From an uncultured Holophagales bacterium (lineage in GTDB: Bacteria > Acidobacteriota > Thermoanaerobaculia > Multivoradales > UBA5704), in the NCBI GenBank assembly GCA_963842525.1, contig CAWJGT010000009.1:1280001-1344000 (forward strand): a stretch of DNA of 64,000 nucleotides, given 5' to 3'. Below, piece by piece: positions 52,101 to 61,500 of this stretch (the stretch's first letter is position 1; every line of letters begins with the position of its first letter). The notes beneath the pieces were generated by a model. The model saw only the letters and a program-made list of their open reading frames with translations, made no database searches and was not told where the DNA came from. Made by a program: the position numbers and the translations under genes.

Positions 52101-53858
52101 GGAGAAGGCTTCTCGGCGCTCGGCGAGCGCTCCTGGAGCCTGGACCCGCGCAACCGGGAGGGCTACCGGAGCCTGTTCCGGGAGCTGCGCCCGCGCGGCG
52201 ATTTACCCGGTCGGATCATCCATCTCTGGAGCCTGACGCCCGCTGTGCCAACCCCGGCAGAAGCCGAGGAGCTGGGCTTCTACAGCCTGCTCTGGCTGTC
52301 GCAGGCCCTCGGCGAGCTGGAGCTCCACACGCCGCTCCATGTGCGCGTCGTCGCGAACGGCCTTCAGGAGGTGACAGGAGGGGAGGAGCTGGTCCCGGAG
52401 AAGGCTCTCCTCCTGGGACCCTGCCGCGTGCTCCCGCAGGAGATCGCGCACGTGACCTGCGGCGTGATCGACGTCCTCCCTGAGCACCTGGATACTCTCG
52501 CGGACCGGCTGGTCCCGGTGTTGGCCTCCGCCGAGGCGGAGTCGGTGGCGGCCCTGCGCGGCCGGCATCGCTGGGTGCGGCGCTTCTGCCGCATCCGCCT
52601 GCCGGAGCCCGGAGCGGCTGCCAACCGGCTGCGCCAGGGCGGCGTCTACCTGATCGCGGGCGGCCTCGGCGAGACCGGGCTGGTCGTGGCCGAGCACCTC
52701 GTCCGCACCGCCGGAGCGAAGCTCGCGCTCCTCGCTCCGGAGGACACCCCGCCGCGCCCGCGCTGGGGCGAATGGCTGGGCGCGCGCGACGAGCAGGACG
52801 AAGAGGCGGTCCGCCTGCGCCGCGTCCTTGCCCTGGAGGCGGAAGGCCACGAGGTGCTCGTGCTGCCGGTCGATCTGACCCACCCGGGGAGGGTCGAGGC
52901 GGCGGTGTCGCGGGTACGCGAGCGGTTCGGGGCGATCCACGGCGTGATCCTCGCCGAGGAGGACGCGCCCGGCGGGCTGATGCAGTGGAAGACCCGCGAC
53001 ACGGCCGCCGCCGAGCTGGCGCCGAAGGTGCGCGGCACGCTCGCTCTTGCTGCTGCCACGCGCGACCTGCCGCTCGACCTCTTCGTGCTCTTCGGCGCCC
53101 ATGCGGCGGCGATCGGCGGCTTCGGCCAGGCCGACGTGTGCGCGGCCTCGTCGTTCCTGGACGCCCTGGCGCAGGCCCGGTCGGTCGCGGGAGGAGGACC
53201 GTTCACCCAGACCATCGACTGGGGCCATTTCCGCTGGCAGCCGGTGACCGCGGCGGATCCCGCCCTGGCCGAGCAGCTCCGGGCGGCGCTCGCGACGTAT
53301 GGCATCACGGCCGGCGAGCTGGAGCAGGCCCTGGAACGCGCCCTGGCGAGCGGCCTGCCGCAGGTGGTCGTCTCGACCCAGGACCTGGACGCCCTGGCGG
53401 AACAGCTCGATTCCGTCCATGCCGCGGGGTTCCTGGCCAGTGCTCATGCCGCGCATCCCGGGGAGGCCCATCCGCGGCCGGACCTGGCGGTTGACTATCT
53501 CGAGCCGCGGACCTCCACGGAGCGGACGCTCGCCGGCATCTGGCAGGAGGCCTTCGGCCTCGACCGGGTAGGTGCGGAAGACAATTTCTTCGATCTCGCC
53601 GGCAACTCCCTGCTGGCCATCCAGATCATCACCCGGGTCAATGCGGCCTTCGGGAGCGAGCTGCCGATGGCGGCGCTCCTCGAATCCCCGACCGTCGCCG
53701 AGCTGGCGGACCGCATCGAGGACGCCGGCTTCAGCGCCGCGAAAGAGAGCGACGAGGAGGAGCTGGCGCGCCTGTTGGCCGAGATCGAGTCGCTCTCTCT
53801 GGAGGAGGCCGAGGTCCGCCTGGCCCGTGAGCTGGGAACCGGCGGAGAGGCTGGATGA
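49140..53858 (+). CDS. Type I PKS module KS-AT-KR(inactive)-ACP
   Basis: KS VQTACSTSL/HGSGT/NIGH; AT GYSLG/HAFH; KR GGLGETG with GQADVCAAS in place of GQxxYAAAN; ACP AGNSL. Confidence 0.95.
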   Translation: MDTLDRIAIIGMAGRFPGARDVDELWRNLRGGVESITRFTEEELAANGVAPELLADPAYVRARGVLDGVELFDAEFFGFTPREAELMDPQHRLFLECAWQACENAGYDPQGFAGRVGVFGGSASTSYFAFNLLSNPSLLAEAGGLQIKLLNDKDFLTTHTSYKLNLRGPSVAVQTACSTSLVAIHIACQALLGGECDLALAGGVGVSFPHRTGYLFEEGNIGSPDGHCRAFDENARGTVEGNGAGVVLLKRLADALADGDTVHAVILGSAINNDGAAKAGYTAPSVESQTEAVAEALVVAQVEPDTIGYVEAHGSGTPLGDPIEVQALTRAFRASTDRQGFCGLGSIKTNIGHADAAAGVAGLIKTVQALKHGQIPPSLHFERPNPALGLEESPFYVSTALRDWPVGAEPRRAGVNSLGIGGTNAHIVLEEAPPPEPSSPSRPWQLLVLSARTASALDAATANLAGWLEDSERSINLADATHTLRVGRKTFRYRRALVCRDGEEAARLLRNAEPGRLITADAGTSGEEAPGVAFLFPGLGDHYAGMGAELYQREPVFREAIDRCAELLRPHLGVDIREVLYPEGAAEPPSGPPGTSAKSDLRRLLAEEKEPGDDGLGQTLVAHPAVFAVEYALAQLWMEWGIRPQALLGYSLGEYVAACLAGVFSLEDALALVAARARLIDGLPGGAMLAVPLPAAEVEPLLRLLPAELSLCAANGPALSVVGGPSAAVEELARGLAARGIASRRLQTVHAFHSRMMEPVVADLARVARGITFAPPRIPFVSNVTGTWITDAEATDPGYWARHLRETVRFAEGLEALMARADAGDRPRILLEVGPGQALGTLARQHPARPAGQVEVSSLRDRRDDVSDQAFLLDALGRLWLAGAAPDWTAFAAGESRRRVPLPTYPFERRRYFIEPGAVNAAAPGAGSRSPLDDWFYTPVWERAPALASPALEPDSPWMLFLDELGLGERVAARLEAHGHTVFRVAKGEGFSALGERSWSLDPRNREGYRSLFRELRPRGDLPGRIIHLWSLTPAVPTPAEAEELGFYSLLWLSQALGELELHTPLHVRVVANGLQEVTGGEELVPEKALLLGPCRVLPQEIAHVTCGVIDVLPEHLDTLADRLVPVLASAEAESVAALRGRHRWVRRFCRIRLPEPGAAANRLRQGGVYLIAGGLGETGLVVAEHLVRTAGAKLALLAPEDTPPRPRWGEWLGARDEQDEEAVRLRRVLALEAEGHEVLVLPVDLTHPGRVEAAVSRVRERFGAIHGVILAEEDAPGGLMQWKTRDTAAAELAPKVRGTLALAAATRDLPLDLFVLFGAHAAAIGGFGQADVCAASSFLDALAQARSVAGGGPFTQTIDWGHFRWQPVTAADPALAEQLRAALATYGITAGELEQALERALASGLPQVVVSTQDLDALAEQLDSVHAAGFLASAHAAHPGEAHPRPDLAVDYLEPRTSTERTLAGIWQEAFGLDRVGAEDNFFDLAGNSLLAIQIITRVNAAFGSELPMAALLESPTVAELADRIEDAGFSAAKESDEEELARLLAEIESLSLEEAEVRLARELGTGGEAG

Positions 53859-55538
53859 GGCTCGCAGGACCTCGCGAACCGGCTCGCCTCCCTCTCTCCG
53901 GCCCAGCGCGCTCTCTATGAGCTGGCCCTGAAGAAGCGCCAGACGGAGAGCGAGCGTCCCATCCCAAGGGCGGTTGAGAGCCGGCCAGCGCCGGCCCCCC
54001 AGGCCCCTCCGCTCGTTCCGGTCATTCCCAGGAGGACGCGCGAAGGCGCCAGCCCGCTCTCCTTCGACCAGGAGCGGCTCTGGCGCGTCCAGCGGGCCCA
54101 TCCCGCGAGCCCGGTCTATAACATCTGCGCGGCGAGCCGCTTCCGGGGGCGGCTGAATATCGCCGCCTTTGGAAGCGCTCTGCAAGAGACGGTGCGCCGC
54201 CACGAGAGCCTGCGTACGACCTTCCGCGAGGTGGGCGGCCAGCCTATCCAGGAGGTCGCTCCGAGCGTGACGGTCCACCTCCCGGTCGTCGACCTGCGGG
54301 CGCTCCCCTGGGACCGCCGCGAGGACGAGGCCGCCCGGGCCGCCAATGCCACGGTCCGCGAGCCGTTCGACATCGGGCGTCTGCCGCTTTTCCGCATCGT
54401 GCTGGTCCAGGTGGACGACGACGACTTCGTCCGGCCCATCGTGCTCCACCACATGATCAACGACCACCTGTCGTTCTACTCGACCGAGAGCGAGCTGCTG
54501 AACTGCTATCGCGCTTTCCAGGCCGGCCGGCCTCCGGGCCTGCCCGAGCCGCCGTTCCACCTCGCCGACTTCGCGGTCTGGCAGCGGGAGCGGCTGCGCG
54601 ACGAGGCCCTGGTGGCGGATCAGCTCGCCTGGTGGCGCGAGCGCCTGGACGGCATCGTCGATCCGTTGCCGGTGCCGCTCGACCGGCCGCGCCCGGCCGT
54701 GCCGGGCCTCCGTGGCGAGCGGCGCCCATTCACCGTGCCGCGGTCCAGGGCGGCGGGGCTCGGCGATTTCGCCCAGCGCGAAGGGGTGACCCTGTTCGTC
54801 GCCGGCCTCGCGGTCTTCGACGCCCTGCTCGTCCGCCTCTCCGGCCAGGAGCGGCTGGTCGTGGGCACGCCCATGAGCTACCACCAGACCGTGGTGGACC
54901 ACGTCATGGGCTTCTACCTGAACCAGGTGCCGATCCCGGTCGACCTTTCCGGCAATCCGCCGTTCCGCGAGGTCGTGCGCCGGGTGCGCGATGCCACTCT
55001 GGGCGCCCATGCCCACCAGGATCTGCCGCTCGGGCACCTCGTCCAGGCGCTGCATCCGGGTCCGGACCAGAGCTTCCTTCCCTGGACGCAATTCGTCTTC
55101 CTGCTGCTCTATCCGCCGAAGGTGGAGGGCGGCGAGGTGCCGGGAATCGACGCGCGCTCGTATTTCGTCGATCCAAGGCGCACGCAGTTCGACACGCAGC
55201 TTGCCCTCTTCTGGCGGGATGAGGGGATCACGGGCTTCTGGGAGTACAACCCCGAGATCTGGGACCCGACCACGGTCGACCGGTTCAAGGAGTACTTCCG
55301 TATCCTTCTCGCCGGCGCGCTGGCCGAGCCCGACCGGCTGCTCTGGGACCTGCCGATGCTGCCCGAGGGCGAGCTCCACCAGCTTCAGGAGTGGGAGGAG
55401 CTCGCCGGGGTCCGGGTGCTCGACCGCCACGGCCGGCCGGTGCCGATCGGAGTGGTGGGGGAGGTCTCTCCTGGCGGCGGGAGGGCGCGCTGGCTGCCGG
55501 ATGGTCGACTGGAAAGGATGCCGCCGCGGAAGGTTTGA
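53855..55538 (+). CDS. Stand-alone condensation domain protein with a collapsed A-domain remnant (start affected by an indel or an in-frame stop)
   Basis: Docking-like LANRLASLSPAQRALYEL, PLSFDQERLW, RHESLRTTF, HHMINDH; tail VLDRHGRPVPIGVVGE...RWLPDGRLE. Confidence 0.85.
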
Positions 55539-55540
55539 GC

Positions 55541-58500
55541 ATGCCGTCTCCTGCCACCCTGCCGCTCTCGCCCGGCCAGCGGGGCCTCTGGTTCCTGCAC
55601 CGCCTGCACCCGGAGGGCTCTGCGTATCACCTGGCCCTGGCCTCCCGGATTGTCGGCAAGATCCCGGCCACGGCGATCCGCGATCTCTTCCAGGCCCAGG
55701 TGGACCGCCACGAGGCGCTGCGGACCACGTTTCCCTTGGAAGGGTACGAGCCGGTCCAGCGCGTGGCGGATCGGGCGGAGCTGAGCTTCGAGGAGATCGA
55801 TGCGATCGGGTGGGACGAGGCCGCGTTCCGTGCGCGCCTGGAGGAGGAGGCCTGGAAACCGTTCGACCTGGACAGCGGACCGCTGTTCCGGGTGCAGGTC
55901 TTTCAGCGTGCCGGCGATAGGGTGCTGCTGGTGGTGGCGCACCACATCGTGGTGGACTTCGGATCGTTTGCCGCGATGCTGAGCAGCCCGGAAGGGGGAG
56001 GCGTCCGGCAGTACAGGGACTTTCTGGCTTGGCAGGCGGAGATCTGGACGAGAGGGAGCTGTGGGCGTTCTGGCGGGATCGTCTGGCCGATCTGCCGATG
56101 CCGGAGCTGCCGGTGGACCGGCCACGGCGGGGAAGCGTGCCGGAGCGGGGGTGACTGCCGCTGGCGCGAGATCGGGCCGGGCATCCTGCGGGATCTCAAG
56201 AAGCTGGCGCGCTCGAAGGGAGGGACTCTCTACGTGGCGCTGCTGGCGGGGTTCCAGGCGCTGCTCTCCCGATATACGGGTCAGACCGATTTCGCCGTGG
56301 GCTCGCCCGCGGCCGGCAGGCCAAAGGGTTTTGCCCGGACCATGGGCTACTTCACCAATCCGCTCGCGGTGCGGGCGGACCTCTCGGGGGACCCTTCGTT
56401 CCTGGAGCTGCTTGGCCGCACCCGGCAGCGGGTCTCCGAGGCTCTGGACCACCAGCACCTGCCGTTGCCGGTGATCGTCGAGCGGCTGCGGGCCGAAGGC
56501 CGGGAGGGGGACCTGTTCCGGACGCTCTTCGTCTTCCATCGCGACCCGTCGGGCCTCGAGGGGATGGTGGGCTTCGCCCTCGGAGAAGGAGGCGGCCGGC
56601 TGCGCTGGGATGACCTGGAGCTGGAGCCCCTGCCGCTGCCGCCGCGCGCTGCGCAGTTCGATGTGACCCTGGCGGCGGGAGAGAGGCGGGGCGCCCTCGG
56701 GTTGCAGCTCGTCTACGACGCCGACCTGTTCGACGGCCCGACCGCGGTCCGCTGGCTGGAGCATCTGAGCGTGCTGCTCGAAGGCGCTACGGCCCATCCG
56801 GACGACGCCGATCGTGGAGCTGCCGTTGCTGACCCTCTGGGAGCGCCAGCAGGTACTGGTGGAGGCGAACGATCAAGGCGACGTGGAGCTGCTCTGGAGC
56901 CGCCTGGAAGAAGGGTTCGAGCGGCAGGCAGAGAGGACGCCGGAAGCGTTCGCCGTGATCGATGGGGAGAGGCGGGTCACCTATCGGGAGCTGCAGGACC
57001 GCGCGACCATGCTGGCCGAGCATCTGAGACAGCCTGGGAGTCGGCCCCGAGCAGGTCGTGGGGGTCAGGATGCCACGGACCGCGGAGATGGTGGCGTCTC
57101 TGCTCGGGGTCCTGCAGGCCGGAGCCGCCTACCTGCCGATCGATCCCGCGTATCCGGAGGAGCGGATCAACTTTCTCCTGGAGGACTCGGAGGCAAGCTA
57201 TATCCTTCAGAGCACCAACGACGTCCCCCCTCTCCCGGTGGAGGGGGGGCGATGGGAGAGGGGGCCAGGGGGTGAGGTCGCATATTTGATCTACACCTCC
57301 GGCTCCACCGGCCGTCCCAAGGGCGTCGCCATCGAGCACGCCAGCGCCGTCCGCCTCGTCGCCTGGGCCGGGAAGACCTACTCGGCCGAAGAGCTCGCCG
57401 GCGTCCTGGCTTCGACGTCCATCAGCTTCGATCTCTCCATTTTCGAGATCTTCGTCCCTCTCTCCTTCGGCGGCACGGTGATCCTGGCCGAGAACGCTCT
57501 CGCCCTGCCTGCTCTCCCTGCGGCGGGGGAGGTGACGCTGATCAATACAGTCCCTTCCGCCATCGCCGCCTTGCTCGATCTCGGGCCGCTTCCTTCCTCG
57601 GTGAAGACGGTCAATCTGGCCGGCGAGCCGCTGCGGCGGTCGCTGGCCGAGCGGGTGTATGCGGCCGGGGTGGAGCGGCTGTGGAATCTCTACGGCCCGT
57701 CTGAGGACACGACCTACTCGACAGGCTCCCTGGTTGAGCGAGGCCGAGAACCTCACCCCCTGGCCCCCTCTCCCATCGCCCACCCAGCCCATCCCCGGGA
57801 GAGGGGGAACGTAGATGAGGCGGCGGTGGCGAGTCCAGGCACAGTCGTTCCGGATGCGTCCCCCCTCTCCCGGCGGGGGGTGGAAGGGAGATGGGAGAGG
57901 GGGACAGGGGGTGAGGACCCACGGCCTGAGCCGTCAATCGGCTGGCCGGCAGCGGGCTCCCGTGCCTATGTGGTGGATGCAGGGCTTCAGCCCCTGCCTG
58001 TCGGAGTCCCTGGCGAGCTGTGCTTGAGCGGAGGAGGGCTGGCGCGGGGGTACTTCGGCCGGCCGGAGCTGACGGCGGAGAGGTTCGTGCCCGATCCGTT
58101 CTCCGGCGGAAGGCTCTACCGGACGGGCGACCTGACCCGGAGACGGCCGGACGGTGCTCTCGACTACCTCGGCCGGCTGGATCACCAGGTCAAGATCCGG
58201 GGGTTCCGCATCGAGCTCGGCGAGATCGAGGCGGCGCTGCTGGTACACCCCGGGGTGCGCGAGGCGGTGGTGGTCGCCCGGGACGGCGCGCTGGTGGCCT
58301 ATGTTGCGCTCACGGACCGGGTCGAGGGCGAGCTGGCCTCGTACCTGCGATCGCGCCTGCCGCCGGCGTTCGTGCCGTCGGCCTTCGTCGTGCTTCCGGC
58401 GCTGCCGCTCACGCCCAACGGCAAGGTGGACCGCAAGGCGCTGCCGGTTCCCTGGAGCGCGGGCGATGCGACGGAAGGGCCGTCCGGCCCGGTCGAGGAG

Positions 58501-61500
58501 CTGCTGGCGGAGATCTGGGCCGAGGTGCTCGGGCTGGAACGCATTGGACGGCACCAGAGCTTCTTCGACATCGGCGGGCACTCCCTGCTCGCTACACACG
58601 TGGTGGTCCGCATCCGTGAGACGCTGGGGGTTGAGATCCCCCTGACCACAGTCTTTGACGAGCCGACCCTTGCCGGCCTCGCACGATGCGTCGAGACGCT
58701 CCGGCGGGACGCACCGGCGCTCCCCATCCCGCGCGCCCGGCGGGACCTCCCCCTGCCGCTCTCCTCGGCCCAGCAGGGGCTCTGGTTCCTCGACCGGTTG
58801 GAGCCGGGAACCGCCACCTACAACATCCCCCTGGAGCTGCGGCTGACCGGTACGTTGTCGGTGTCCGTCCTGGAGGCGGCCCTCGCCGGGATCGAACAGC
58901 GGCACGAGGCGCTGCGGACCACCTTCCCCGAGGTGGAAGGCCGGCCTGTGCAGCGGATCGCGCCGCCGGTCCAGCGACCGTTGCCGTGGATCGACCTCGC
59001 CGGTCTCCCCGCCGCGATTGGAGAGGAAGAGGCCAGGCGCCTGGCCTGGGAGGAATCACGCAGGCCCTTCGATCTCGAACGAGGACCGCTGATCCGGACA
59101 ACCCTGATCCGCCGCGGGGCGGAAGACCATCGCCTGCTCCTGACCGTCCATCACATCGTCTTCGACGGCGGATCGATCAGCGTCCTCCTCCGCGAGCTGG
59201 CTGCGCTGTATGGAAGGAGCTCCGCTCCCGCCTCTCCCGGTGCAGCTTGCCGACGTGGCGGTCTGGGAGCGGAACCTCCTCGATGCTGGAGTCATGGAGC
59301 CGCAGCTCGCCTGGTGGGAGAGCCAGCTCTCCGGGCTGCCTGTGCTCGACCTCCCGGCCGACCGAATGCGCCCGGTAGCTCCGACGCCGCGCGGAGGCCT
59401 CCGCCATCTGGAGCTGGCCTCCGGGCTGGCCCGCGAGGTCATGGCCCTTGCGCGGCGCGAGCGCGCCACTCCGTTCATGGCGCTGCTTGCGGCCTTCCAG
59501 ACGCTCCTTGGCAGCCTCGCCGGCCAGGACGACTTCGCCGTCGGCATGCCGGTCTCCCGGCGCGGCCGAACCGAGCTGGAGCCGCTGATCGGCCTGCTGC
59601 TCAACACCGTAGCCGTGCGGGTCGCCTTGGACGGGGAGCCCACCTTCCGGGCCTTTCTCGGAGCTGTGCGGCGCGCGAGCCTGGAGGCTTTCCGGCACGC
59701 CGATGTCCCGTTCGAGAAGGTCGTCGAGCGCCTGCACCCGGACCGGAATGTCCGCAACCCTCTCTTCCAGGTCCTCTTCACCATGGAGCCTCCGATTCCG
59801 CGGCAAATCGAGCTGTCGGGGCTGACTTTGGAGCCGCGCGGCATTCCAACCGGCACCGCCAAATTCGACCTCAGCCTCTTCCTCCGCGAGGAGGCGGATG
59901 GCCGACTGACCGCCGAGCTGGAGCACAGCCGTGATCTCTTCGACGGCTCGACCGCGGACCGCCTGCTGCGCTCGTTCGTCACTCTCCTGGAAGCCGTGGT
60001 CGCCGATCCGGACGCCAGGATCACGGATCTGCTGACCCTCGAAGGGACCGAGCACCGCCAGCTCCTCGTCGAGGCGAGGCCCGGAGGTGAGGCCGTCTTC
60101 GTGCCGCCGCGCGGTCCCGTCGAGGAGGCGCTCGCCGATCTCTGGACCGTGCTGCTCGGCGCGGAACGGATCGGCGTCCACGATGACTTCTTCAACCTGG
60201 GGGGCCATTCGCTGCTGGCGGTCCAGGTTGTCTCACGGGTGCGGGCCGCCTTCGGTGTCGAGCTGCCGCTCCGCACGGTGTTCCAGGCGCCCACGGTTGC
60301 CGGCCTGGCCGCGGCGGTCGAAGCGGCCCGGCGTGCAGAGAGCCCGGAGGCGCCGCCGCTGGTACGGGTCTCGCGCGAGGGTGCCTTGCCGTTGACCTTC
60401 GCCCAGCAGCGTCTCTGGTTCCTCCACCAGCTCGATCCCGGCTCAGCGGCCTACCACATGGCCGGTGTCCTGGAGCTGGAGGGAGCCGTCAATGTGCCGG
60501 CTCTGGAGGGGGCTCTGCGTGAGATCGCTCGCCGGCACGAGGCGTTGCGGACGACCTTCACTCTGGCGGGAGAGAGCCCTGTCCAGGTGATCGCGGCCGA
60601 GCCGGAGCTGGAGCTGCCGGTGGTGGACCTTTCGAGTCTGGCCGACCCGCTCCGGGGTGCCGAGGTCAGGCGGATCGAGACGGCGGAGGCCCGCCGTGGC
60701 TTCGACCTCGGCCGCGGGCCGCTGCTGCGGGTCCGACTGCTGCGGCTCGGGCCGGAAGAGCACCGGCTTGCCGTCGTGATGCATCACATTGTGGCCGACG
60801 GCTGGTCGTTGGGAGTGATGCTCCGCGAGCTGGGCCAGCTCTATCTGCGGAGCCCGGCCTTGCCGGAGCTCCCGGTCCAGGTGGCGGACTACGCGGTCTG
60901 GCAGCGCCGCTGGCTGGACGGCGAGGCACTGCGGTCGCGGCTCGCCTGGTGGCAAGGCGAGCTCGCCGGAGCTGATCCGTCGCTCCCCCTACCCACGGAC
61001 CGGCGGCCGGTGGGGACGGTTTCGAACAGCGCAGCCCTGCGCTTCCGGCTCTCCCCGACGCTGACGCAAGGGCTCGAAGCCCTCTCGCGGACGCGGGGAG
61101 CTACCCTGTTCATGACGCTGCTGGCGGGATGGAACGCCTTGCTCTACCGTTACAGCGGACAGCGGGACCTCTCGGTGGGATCGCCGGTCGCCAACCGCGA
61201 CCGCACGGAGATCGAGGGATTGATCGGTTTCTTCGTCAACACCCTGGTGCTCCGCACGAGCTTGGATGGGGCCGAAACCTTCGGTGATCTGCTGGGACGC
61301 GTGCGGGAGTCGACGCTCGGCGCCTATGACCACCAGGACCTGCCGTTCGAAAAGCTCGTCGAGGAGCTGCGGCCGGACCGGGGTGCGGTGCCGACACCTT
61401 TGTTCCAGGTCTTCCTGGCCCTGCAGAACGCTCCGACGCCGCGCCTGGATCTGCCGGGGTTGACTGCTCGGCTGGAGCCCGTCGAGATTGGAACCCCCAA

